Shown here in pieces: positions 18,359 to 26,246 of a stretch of 64,000 nt of DNA (positions are counted from its first letter, which is position 1; each line of letters begins with the position of its first letter). Origin of the DNA: an uncultured Gemmatimonadaceae bacterium (GTDB taxonomy: Bacteria > Gemmatimonadota > Gemmatimonadetes > Gemmatimonadales > GWC2-71-9). The position numbers and the translations under genes are program-made. The notes below the pieces were generated by a model. The model did no database searches, was not told where the DNA came from, and saw only the letters and a program-made list of their open reading frames with translations. The DNA lies in contig CAZRCT010000009.1 of assembly GCA_964598655.1 (NCBI GenBank), positions 1,652-65,651 on the forward strand, written 5' to 3'.

Positions 18359-19026
18359 CCGAGCCGCTGACCCGCGTGATGCTGGTGGACGACCACAGCC
18401 TGGTCCGCGAGGGCCTGCGCCACGTGCTGGCCGCCACGCCCGGCGTCGAGATCATCGCCGAGGCCGGCGACGGCGAGACCGCGCTGCGCCTGGCCGCGGA
18501 GCTCAAGCCCGACCTCGTGGTCATGGACCTCTCCATGCCGGGCATGGGCGGCCTCGAGGTCACCACCCGCCTCCGTGAGCTGCTGCCCCAGGTGAAGGTC
18601 CTCATCCTGTCCGTGCAGGACCACCCCGAGTACGTCCTCGGCGCCGTGCGCGCCGGCGCCCAGGGCTACCTCCGCAAGGACACCTCCCCGGCCGAGCTCC
18701 GCGAGGGGCTGCGGGCCGTGGCCCGCGGCGAGTCCTACTTCTCCCCGCCCGTCGCCCGCCACCTCACCAACGCCGTCCGCGGCGAGGGCGACGACACCAC
18801 CGATCCCGGCCAGCGCCTGGCCCGCCTCACCCCGCGTGAGCGCGAGGTGCTGATCGGCATCGCCGGCGGCGAGACCAGCCGCGCCATGGCGGCGCGGCTC
18901 GGCATCTCCCCGCGCACCATCGAGACCTACCGCGAGGGCCTGACCCGCAAGCTCGGCATCCGCACCGTGGCCGGCCTGGTGCGCTTTGCCCTCGATGCCG
19001 GTCTGGTGAAGCCCGAAGGCCAGTAG
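18355..19026 (+). CDS. NarL/LuxR-family response regulator
   Basis: 4-nt overlap with the kinase gene. Receiver domain (VMLVDDH..VVMDLSMPGM) plus a LuxR HTH (LTPREREVLIGIAGGETSRAMAARLGISPRTIETY). Confidence 0.9.
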   Translation: MTEPLTRVMLVDDHSLVREGLRHVLAATPGVEIIAEAGDGETALRLAAELKPDLVVMDLSMPGMGGLEVTTRLRELLPQVKVLILSVQDHPEYVLGAVRAGAQGYLRKDTSPAELREGLRAVARGESYFSPPVARHLTNAVRGEGDDTTDPGQRLARLTPREREVLIGIAGGETSRAMAARLGISPRTIETYREGLTRKLGIRTVAGLVRFALDAGLVKPEGQ

Positions 19027-19047
19027 GACCCCCGGCCGCGGCCCCCC

Positions 19048-19090
19048 GAAACAGGACGGGGCAACCCTCGCGGTTGCCCCGTCCTGTTTC
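19048..19090. terminator. Bidirectional hairpin between the response regulator and TonB receptor genes
   Basis: GAAACAGGACGGGGCAACC-ctcgc-GGTTGCCCCGTCCTGTTTC, a perfect 19-bp stem. Confidence 0.65.
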
Positions 19091-19112
19091 CGGCACCGCC
19101 ACGCGCCGCGGG

Positions 19113-21236
19113 CTACGGCATCACCTCGGCGCGCATCCCGAGGTAGAAGCGCCGCTCCACCTGCGCGGTCCAGTTGTCCGGCCGCCGGTCGAACAGGTTG
19201 TCCACCCCCACCTGGGCGCGGAGCCCCGGCAGCACCCGCCCCGCCAGCTGCACGTCCACCGCCAGGAACGCCTCCTGGTACCCCTGGAACTGCTCCTGCC
19301 CCGCCAGCGTGGTCGGCGCGATGCGTGCGCGGCCGGTGTAGCGGGCCGTCAGGTCCACCGTGCCGTCGGCCAGGAAGCCGGGGAACCAGGTGGCCCGCAC
19401 CCGCGCGTTGTGCGCCGCGCGGCGGTCCAGCGCGTTGCCTGTCTCCAGGTTCCGCGCATGCAGGTAGTCGTACCCCGCCCCGAGGGCCCAGCCCCCGAGC
19501 GTCTTCTGCACCTCGAACTCGAGGCCCTGCGTGCGCGCGCGCCGGATGTTGTCCGGCGTGAACACCAGCAGGCCGCTCGAGTCGGTGCCCGTGGTGCGGA
19601 AGTCGATCATCTGCTGGATGTCGTTGCGGTACGCCTCGGCGGAGAGGTGCCAGCCCGGGCCCGGCGCCCAGGTGAGGCCGCTCGAGTAGCTCCACGAGTG
19701 CTCCGGCCGCAGGTCGGCGTTGCCCACCACCACGTAGCCGCCCTGCGGGTTGGAGAAGTTCCAGCCCAGCTCCTTGAAGCTCGGCGCCCGGTAGCCGCGC
19801 GCCACCGCGCCGCGCAGGCGGAGCGCCGGCGTCAGGTTCACCGCCGCCCCGACGCTCGGGGTGGCCACCGTGCCCCAGCGTGAGTTGGAGCTCACCCGGC
19901 CGCCGCCGTTGAGGAACAGCGCTCCGAGCTGCCAGCCGTCCTGCGCAAAGACGTCGAGCCCCCGGTCGTCAGCGCTGCCCGCATTGATCCGCTCGGGGGC
20001 ATCTACGCTGCGGACCATCACCTCGGCCCCGGCGTCGATCAGGTGCGCCCCCGCCGGGCGGGTCCACGCCACGAGGCCGCGGAGCGCCCGTTCCGTCTGC
20101 CGCGGGCGCAGGTCGCCCGCGATGGGGCTCGAGCCGCGCGCCTCACGGTAGCGGTACTCGAAGTAGCTGCCGGAGGTGCGCGCGCGGAGGGTGCCGCCGA
20201 GCGCGCCCACGGTGGCCTCGCCGAGGGCGCTGGCGCCCCAGGTGTCCACGAAGGCGTTGAAGCCGCCCGCCGTGGGCCAGCGCTGGCGGGTGCGCTCGTA
20301 GCTGGCATCGGCCCGGAGCGCCGTGGAGCCGACGGTGGTGCGCGCCGTGCCGCGGGCATCCCACACCCGCTCGAAGGCCGAGCCGCCCTCGCTCCGGCCG
20401 CCCACCCGGTCGCTCTGCCGCCAGCCGCCGGCGAGGCGCGTGGCCACCCGCCCGCCGCTCGAGAGCGACAGGTTGCCCTCCCGCCGCCCGTTGCTGCCGG
20501 CGCGCGCCTCCCCCGCCAGGGTCAGCGGCCCCTCGGGCGCCGCGGTCACCACGTTGATCACCCCGCCGATGGCATCCGACCCGTGCGCCACCGACCCCGG
20601 CCCCTTGGTGACCTCGATCCGCTCCACCGCCAGCGTCGAGGTGCGCGAGAGGTCCCGGTTCTCGAGCAGCGGCCCGCCCACCGGCTCCCCATCCACCAGC
20701 AGCAGCACCCGCGAGGCGCCGAGCCCCCGGATGTAGAGCTGGCTGCCGGCCGGCACGCCCCCCACCTGCTGCACCCCCGGCAGTTCGGCCACCACCTGGT
20801 CCACCGCGGGGGCCGCCTGCGCCTCGATCTCGCGGCGGTCCACCGTGGTGGTGGCCACGGTCAGCTCCGCGCTCCGCGCCTCGCGGCGCCCCATCGTGGT
20901 CACCACCATGTCCGGGAGGAGCGTGGCCTCCGCCACCAGGCGCGCCTCCAGCGTGCCGCCCCGTCCTGCCGCCACCGGCCGCCGCCAGGCCGCGTACCCG
21001 AGCGCGGCCACCACCAGCGTGTCGGGGGCTTCGGGAGCCGGCAGTTCCACGCGCCCCGCCGGATCGGCCGCGGCCGACCGGCGCGCCACCACGAGCCGCG
21101 CCCGGGCATACCCGAGCGCGCGCCCGTCGGCGGAATCCCGCACCTGCACCACCAGCACGGGAGCCTGGGCCGGCGCCTGGGCGGCGGCCGGCCCCATGCC
21201 CCCGAGGGCGAGCAGGGCGAGCAGGGCGGGTCTCAC
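19113..21236 (-). CDS. TonB-dependent receptor with N-terminal CarboxypepD_reg-like domain
   Basis: The track ORF extends to 21851, but the signal peptide begins at GTG 21236 (VRPALLALLALGGMGPAAAQA), overlapping the upstream TGA as GTGA. Plug motifs: IEVTKGPGSVAHGSDAIGGVINVVT. Confidence 0.85.
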   Translation of the reverse strand: MRPALLALLALGGMGPAAAQAPAQAPVLVVQVRDSADGRALGYARARLVVARRSAAADPAGRVELPAPEAPDTLVVAALGYAAWRRPVAAGRGGTLEARLVAEATLLPDMVVTTMGRREARSAELTVATTTVDRREIEAQAAPAVDQVVAELPGVQQVGGVPAGSQLYIRGLGASRVLLLVDGEPVGGPLLENRDLSRTSTLAVERIEVTKGPGSVAHGSDAIGGVINVVTAAPEGPLTLAGEARAGSNGRREGNLSLSSGGRVATRLAGGWRQSDRVGGRSEGGSAFERVWDARGTARTTVGSTALRADASYERTRQRWPTAGGFNAFVDTWGASALGEATVGALGGTLRARTSGSYFEYRYREARGSSPIAGDLRPRQTERALRGLVAWTRPAGAHLIDAGAEVMVRSVDAPERINAGSADDRGLDVFAQDGWQLGALFLNGGGRVSSNSRWGTVATPSVGAAVNLTPALRLRGAVARGYRAPSFKELGWNFSNPQGGYVVVGNADLRPEHSWSYSSGLTWAPGPGWHLSAEAYRNDIQQMIDFRTTGTDSSGLLVFTPDNIRRARTQGLEFEVQKTLGGWALGAGYDYLHARNLETGNALDRRAAHNARVRATWFPGFLADGTVDLTARYTGRARIAPTTLAGQEQFQGYQEAFLAVDVQLAGRVLPGLRAQVGVDNLFDRRPDNWTAQVERRFYLGMRAEVMP

Positions 21237-22288
21237 TGGATCCGCTGGTACCGGAGCGTCGGGTAGCCGCTCTGGCCCGTGGGGCTGTAGTAGTCGATGA
21301 GCTGCAGCTTCCACGTGTCCGCGCCCACCTTGATCAGGTAGGTGTTGAACGTGGGCGAGAGGCGCTGGTCGCTGGCCAGGTCGTACAGGAACGGCGCCTC
21401 GGGATCGCTGAAGGAGCTGGGAATCGGCCCCGAGATCCGCGCCAGGAACGGCCCGTACTCCGGGGCGTCGCTCGCCGCCACGGTGGCGGCGAAGGTCTGC
21501 GTCACGTCGAGCGGGAAGCTCCCGGCCTGGCAGCCGCTGTTCACCGTCACCACGAAGTTGACGTCGGCGCTCACGTCCCAGCCGCAGCCGGTGGCCGCCA
21601 CCTGGGTGCCGGTGCCGAAGTCGAGCCCGATCGTCCCGCCGTTGGTGCCCACCACCTTGGTCTGCGCCGCACCGAGGGTGCCGGCGGTCTCCAGCCGCCA
21701 CTCGAACTCCACCGAGTCGAGCGTGGCCTGCGTGGCCACCATGCGGGCCACCCGGACGAGCGCGTAGCCCGCCCCGTTGGGCCGCTGGACCTTCCACGAC
21801 GCCTGCGGGTTGGCGATGAGGCCGTTGGTGGTGGGATCGAAGCGGAACCACGACGCGTAGTCGGGCCCGAGGTCCTCACCGGCGAACTGGCCGGCAGGGG
21901 GCACGTCGGCCGCGCCGATGGCTTCGAAGGCCGCGAGGGTGTTGGACGGCGTGAAGCCGAGGATCGTCGCCGTGTCCGCGGTGGCGTTGTTGGCCAGGTT
22001 GTAGCCGAGGACGCCCTTCGTTCCCCCCACGCCGCCGTTCAGCTTCACCGTATAACGCCGCAGCGCCAGGTCCCACTCCGTGGGGCCGGGGTTCGCCACC
22101 ACCACCATGCTGTCGCCCTCGAAGCGGACGTAGGTGTAGCCCGCGCTGGAGCTGGCGTTCACCTGCAGCGTGCCGGTGGCCGGCGCGGTGGTGGGACCCG
22201 AGGAATCGCTCTCGCACGCGGCGAGGAGCGCGAGGGGGAGGAGCAGGGCGGTGCCCAGGGCACCGGTCGGACGGATGGCAGTTTGCAT
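21233..22288 (-). CDS. HmuY-like lipoprotein
   Basis: Lipobox LLAAC. WDLALRRYTVKLNGG and the C-terminal YLIKVGADTWKLQLIDYY parallel HmuY as I recall it (WDMALHRYDVRLNCG; RGADGNIAKVQFTDY). Translationally coupled to the receptor gene. Confidence 0.7.
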   Translation of the reverse strand: MQTAIRPTGALGTALLLPLALLAACESDSSGPTTAPATGTLQVNASSSAGYTYVRFEGDSMVVVANPGPTEWDLALRRYTVKLNGGVGGTKGVLGYNLANNATADTATILGFTPSNTLAAFEAIGAADVPPAGQFAGEDLGPDYASWFRFDPTTNGLIANPQASWKVQRPNGAGYALVRVARMVATQATLDSVEFEWRLETAGTLGAAQTKVVGTNGGTIGLDFGTGTQVAATGCGWDVSADVNFVVTVNSGCQAGSFPLDVTQTFAATVAASDAPEYGPFLARISGPIPSSFSDPEAPFLYDLASDQRLSPTFNTYLIKVGADTWKLQLIDYYSPTGQSGYPTLRYQRIQ

Positions 22289-22480
22289 AACGAGGCCCGC
22301 GTTGGGGAAAGATTTGTTCAGGCGCGCGCAAGTATGCGAACGCCTCCCGCGGGAGGCAATTCCGGTGAACTACGGGGGAATGGCACCTACGTAGATCTAC
22401 GGAGCGCGGAGGCACGGGGTCCTACGAATACCGCGCCGGCCCCATCCGCCGTACTATGAGCGCGGTCCCACCGAGGTCAC

Positions 22481-23185
22481 ATGCGAAGCGCAGTCCACTT
22501 CATCCCCATCCTCTCTACCTTCCTCGCGCTCGGGTTCGCCGCGGTGCTCTTCGGCCGCTACCGGGCGCGAGGGGGGTCCCACCTCCTCTGGTGGGGGATC
22601 GGCATGCTGACCTACGGAGCCGGCACCATCACGGAGGCCACCACCACCCTCCTCGGCTGGCACGAACCGCTGTTCCGCGCCTGGTACATCACCGGCGCGC
22701 TGCTGGGGGGCGCCCCGCTCGCGCAGGGCACCGTCTACCTCCTGCTCAAGAAGCGCACCGCCGACCTGCTCTCCGTGGCGCTCGTCGCCGCGATCCTGGC
22801 CGGCGCGGTGTGCGTGCTGCTATCGCCCATCCGGTACGAGCTCGTGGAGCCCTATCGCCTCTCCGGCAAGGTGCTCGCCTGGCACTGGGTGCGGCTCATC
22901 AGCCCGTTCATCAACCTCTACGCCGTCGTCTTCCTGATCGGCGGCGCGCTCCTCTCCGCCATCCGCTACGCCCGGCGGCTCGACACCCGCCAGCGCATGT
23001 ACGCCAACATCGCCATCGCCCTCGGCGCCATCCTGCCGGGGATCGGCGGCACCTTCACCCGCTTCGGGCACGTGGAGGTCCTGTACGTCACCGAGTTCCT
23101 GGGGCTCTGCTTCATCGCCCTCGGGTACCGCCTCAGCACGGGGCCCAGCATCTACCGCGCGCCCATCCCAGCCGCGGCCCAGTAG
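22481..23185 (+). CDS. Hypothetical polytopic membrane protein
   Basis: 234-aa ORF with about 7 hydrophobic helices. A TACTAT -10-like hexamer lies at 22451-22456. Confidence 0.6.
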   Translation: MRSAVHFIPILSTFLALGFAAVLFGRYRARGGSHLLWWGIGMLTYGAGTITEATTTLLGWHEPLFRAWYITGALLGGAPLAQGTVYLLLKKRTADLLSVALVAAILAGAVCVLLSPIRYELVEPYRLSGKVLAWHWVRLISPFINLYAVVFLIGGALLSAIRYARRLDTRQRMYANIAIALGAILPGIGGTFTRFGHVEVLYVTEFLGLCFIALGYRLSTGPSIYRAPIPAAAQ

Positions 23186-23201
23186 TCCGCAGGGCCGGGA
23201 A

Positions 23202-23245
23202 GCCAGAACCGCACCGCGGGCGCAAGCCCACGGTGCGGTTCTGGC
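23202..23245. terminator. Bidirectional hairpin between convergent membrane-protein genes
   Basis: GCCAGAACCGCACCG / CGGTGCGGTTCTGGC form a 15-bp stem. An inner GGGC-GCAA-GCCC extension gives a GNRA-type loop. Confidence 0.55.
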
Positions 23246-23270
23246 GTCGGCGACGTGAAGCCGACGGTGG

Positions 23271-23909
23271 CTACCCCTCGCGCCGGCCGCCGGGCTCGAA
23301 GACGGGGACGTCGAACTCCGCCGAGAAGTCCACGCCGGGCAGCTTGGCCGTGACCGAGAGCTGCCAGACGATCTTGTTGGCCGAGTTCCGCTCGTCCGTC
23401 TCCCGCGCGTCCGGCGGCAGCGCAAACGCCACCGGCAGCGCCAGCCCGTCGGGCCGCTCCGCCGCGGCCGGCAGCGTCATCTCCTCTTCCCAGAGCGTCG
23501 TGGTGTCGGTGCGCTTGTTCTTGCCCGAGCCGGTCTCCTGCTTGTGCAGGCAGCGGAGACGGATCACGAATCCCTCCGGCGGCGCGAGGTCCGCCGTGCT
23601 CCGGACGTAGCCCGCCAGCATCCCGCCCGGCACCACCGGCACCGACTCGAGCTCGAGGATCGGCGTCCCGAACTTCTCCTGGTGCCGCCGCCCGTAGAGC
23701 GCCACGCCCACCAGCACCGCCACGAAGGTGGGGAACAGGAGCACCGGGAGGTTGTCCGTCACCCCGTCCTTGAGGAACATCCACGCGAAGCCGCAGCTGC
23801 CCACGAAGAGCAGCAGCCCGCCCCGCACCATGCACCCCGCCAGCTTGTACCGTTCATCGCGCACGCGGCGCTCCGCCCAGTCCTTGCGGGCCAGCCACGG
23901 CGCGGTCAT
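23271..23909 (-). CDS. Hypothetical membrane-anchored protein
   Basis: ORF 23271..23963. Start chosen at ATG 23909, which overlaps the sseA stop (ATGA). Two TM helices are followed by a beta-rich domain. Confidence 0.55.
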   Translation of the reverse strand: MTAPWLARKDWAERRVRDERYKLAGCMVRGGLLLFVGSCGFAWMFLKDGVTDNLPVLLFPTFVAVLVGVALYGRRHQEKFGTPILELESVPVVPGGMLAGYVRSTADLAPPEGFVIRLRCLHKQETGSGKNKRTDTTTLWEEEMTLPAAAERPDGLALPVAFALPPDARETDERNSANKIVWQLSVTAKLPGVDFSAEFDVPVFEPGGRREG

Positions 23910-24769
23910 CGCGGCGCCTCCCCGGTGACGATCGGCAGGCGGCGGCTCGCCCACTCCGTCCATGACCCATCGTAGAGGGCCCGCGCCTCGTGCCCCACGC
24001 GCGCCAGCGCGTGCAGCAGCACGCAGGCCGTGACCCCCGAGCCGCAGCTGGCGATCACCGGCGCCCCGAGCGACAGCCCCGCCCGCGCCAGCCGCTCGCG
24101 CACCGCCGCCGGCGGCAGCGCCAGCCCGTTTGCATCCACCAGCTCCGCGTAAGGCAGGTTCAGGGCCCCCGGCATGTGCCCGCTCGGCAGCCCCGCGCGC
24201 GGCTCGGGGTCCGTCGCCCGGTATCGCCCCGCCGAGCGCGCATCCACCACCTCCGCCGTCCCCGCCGCCAGCGCCGCCTCCACCTCCTCCGCCGTCCGCA
24301 CCGCCTCGAGCGAGGGGCCGGGCGTGAAGTCGCCGGGCGGCGCCGTTCGCTCACCGGTCTCCACGGGGCGGCCCTCACGCTGCCACGCCTTGCTCCCCCC
24401 ATCGAGCACGGTCACCCGGCCATGGCCGAAGTGGCGGAACATCCACCACGCGCGCGGCGCGCTCAGGTTGGTCCCCGACCCATCGTACACCACCACCAGG
24501 CTCTGGCGGCCCACGCCGAGCGCGCGCATCGCCGCCGCGAAGGCGGCGGGCGTGGGCAGCATGTGCGGCAGCGGCGACGCGGGGTCACTCACCTCGTCCA
24601 GGTCGAAGAACCGCGCACCCGGGAGGTGGGCCGCCCGGAACTCCGCCCGCGCGTCGCGCCCGCTCTGCGGCATGTACCACGAGGCATCGAGGACCACGAC
24701 CTCCGGGTCACCGAGGCGCGCGGCCAGCTCGGCGGTGCTCACGAACGGCGGAGTGGGGAGGGACGTCAT
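23906..24769 (-). CDS. sseA: 3-mercaptopyruvate sulfurtransferase (tandem rhodanese)
   Basis: 287 aa, two rhodanese domains, active-site loop CGSGVTACV (the MST-type CG[ST]GVT signature). Confidence 0.85.
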   Translation of the reverse strand: MTSLPTPPFVSTAELAARLGDPEVVVLDASWYMPQSGRDARAEFRAAHLPGARFFDLDEVSDPASPLPHMLPTPAAFAAAMRALGVGRQSLVVVYDGSGTNLSAPRAWWMFRHFGHGRVTVLDGGSKAWQREGRPVETGERTAPPGDFTPGPSLEAVRTAEEVEAALAAGTAEVVDARSAGRYRATDPEPRAGLPSGHMPGALNLPYAELVDANGLALPPAAVRERLARAGLSLGAPVIASCGSGVTACVLLHALARVGHEARALYDGSWTEWASRRLPIVTGEAPR

Positions 24770-24777
24770 GGGGCAGA

Positions 24778-24799
24778 ATGGTAGCGCGCCCCGGTGGCA
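24778..24799 (-). promoter_or_regulatory. TGCCACCG-N8-TACCAT element 8 nt upstream of the sseA ATG; leaderless candidate
   Basis: The minus strand reads gTGCCACCGgggcgcgcTACCATtctgccccATG. Confidence 0.45.
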
Positions 24800-24822
24800 C
24801 CGGCGAGGGGGCGCAAACGACA

Positions 24823-24854
24823 GGGGCCGGGATCCCCAAGGGAATCCCGGCCCC
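24823..24854 (-). terminator. Hairpin downstream of the first YceI gene
   Basis: GGGGCCGGGA...TCCCGGCCCC, a 10-bp stem. On the minus strand it is followed by TGTCGTTTG. Confidence 0.5.
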
Positions 24855-24874
24855 GCGTTCCTGCGTCAGCCGCC

Positions 24875-25495
24875 TCAGCGCGGCCCGCTCGGCGCGCCCG
24901 GCACCACCTTCACCGCGGCGATGACCACGTCGATGGCCACCTCGTCGCCGAGCACCACGCCACCCCCCTCGGCGGCGCGGTTCCAGGTGAGGCCGTAGTC
25001 CAGGCGGTTCACCGTGGTGCTCACCTCGAAGCCGATCCGGTCGCGACCGCCCTGGCCGGCGGTCATCCCCAGGAAGTCGCCCTTGAGCACCACCGTCTTG
25101 GTCACGTCCTTGATGGTGAGCTCACCGGTGAGCGTCACCTCGTTCCCCGTCACCTCCACCTTGGTGCTCCGGAACGTCATCGCGGGAAACTTCTCCACGT
25201 CGAAGAAGTCCCCCGAGCGGAGGTGCGTGTCGCGACGGTCGTTGTTGGTCTGGATGCTCGCGGTGCGGACGTTCACCACCACCGAGCCGCCGTTCCACTG
25301 GTTGGGCTCGGCCGTCAGGGTGCCGTCCCAGTCGGTGAAGGTCCCGCGCACCCGGCTCACCAGGTGGCGGACCCGGAAGGTGAGCTCCGAGTGCGTCTTG
25401 TCGATCGCCCAGGTGGTCGGGGTCGTCGTGTCGGTCGGGGTCGCGACGGCGGGGAGGGCCGGCGCGGTCGAGAGCAGGGCGAGCAGGGCCAGCAT
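24875..25495 (-). CDS. YceI family periplasmic protein
   Basis: Signal peptide, then HSELTFRVRHLVSRVRGTF and NNDRRDTHLRSGDFFDVEKFP. Confidence 0.85.
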   Translation of the reverse strand: MLALLALLSTAPALPAVATPTDTTTPTTWAIDKTHSELTFRVRHLVSRVRGTFTDWDGTLTAEPNQWNGGSVVVNVRTASIQTNNDRRDTHLRSGDFFDVEKFPAMTFRSTKVEVTGNEVTLTGELTIKDVTKTVVLKGDFLGMTAGQGGRDRIGFEVSTTVNRLDYGLTWNRAAEGGGVVLGDEVAIDVVIAAVKVVPGAPSGPR

Positions 25496-25592
25496 GGGGA
25501 CTCCGGAAAGGGTGACGGATCAAGTAACGTCCGTAGTATAACCGCGCCCCATTCCTTACGCGGAAGTCCCCGGATCGGTTGGCCCGTTCCCC

Positions 25593-26246
25593 CTAGAGAC
25601 GTCCCAGCGCCCACGCCGCCGCCCGGCGGACGCCCGCGTCCCGATGCTTGAGCAGTCCCACCAGGGCCTCGGCGGACGCGTGGTCCTCCATGGAGCCGAC
25701 GGCCCACGCGGCGAGCCGCACCACCCCGGCATCGGCGTCGCCGAGGAGGCTCCGCACCCGGGGCGCATCGGCGGAATCGGCCGCCACGCCGAGGCCATAG
25801 GTCGCCGCCTCCCGGGTGCGGGGCTCGGTGCTGCGGAGCGCCTCCCGGAGCGCCGCGCGGGCCGCCGGCGCACTGCTCTCCCCCAGGAGCGCCGCAGCGG
25901 TGCGGCGGAGACAGGCGCTCGGACTGCCGAGTTCCGGCACCAGCAGGCGCACGGCCCGTTCGTCACTGATGGGCGAGCGGAACCGCTCCCGCACCGCCGG
26001 CTGGGCCACCACCGCATCCCGAAGCGTGGCGATGTCCTCGCTGCCGTTGCTCCAGTGCATCCCGCTGCCGAGCAGGTCCGTGGCCATCGCGCACACCATC
26101 GGGTCGCTACCGCGCAGGCCCGACAGCAGGTGCGCGACCGCCGCTGAGTCGGGCCCCGCCGTTGCCGGGAGTTCCCCGCGCGCCGCCGGCGCCGGCCCCG
26201 CGCCGGCGAGCAGGGTGAGCCCGGCCAGGAGCACGCGCGCGCTCAT
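25593..26246 (-). CDS. Secreted HEAT-repeat protein
   Basis: Signal peptide (MSARVLLAGLTLLAGAGPAPA) and repeated D.xVRxxAAxALG units. The start overlaps the blaR1-like stop by 4 nt. Confidence 0.7.
   Translation of the reverse strand: MSARVLLAGLTLLAGAGPAPAARGELPATAGPDSAAVAHLLSGLRGSDPMVCAMATDLLGSGMHWSNGSEDIATLRDAVVAQPAVRERFRSPISDERAVRLLVPELGSPSACLRRTAAALLGESSAPAARAALREALRSTEPRTREAATYGLGVAADSADAPRVRSLLGDADAGVVRLAAWAVGSMEDHASAEALVGLLKHRDAGVRRAAAWALGRL

Noticed and set aside
19113-21851. The 912-aa version of the TonB receptor ORF.
   Set aside because: The region upstream of 21236 overlaps the well-supported HmuY-like gene. A signal peptide begins at GTG 21236, which overlaps that gene's stop codon.
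22289-22370. A Fur box upstream of the HmuY-like / TonB receptor operon.
   Set aside because: I could see nothing resembling GATAATGATAATCATTATC or its hexamer repeats. Only a matrix scan could settle this.
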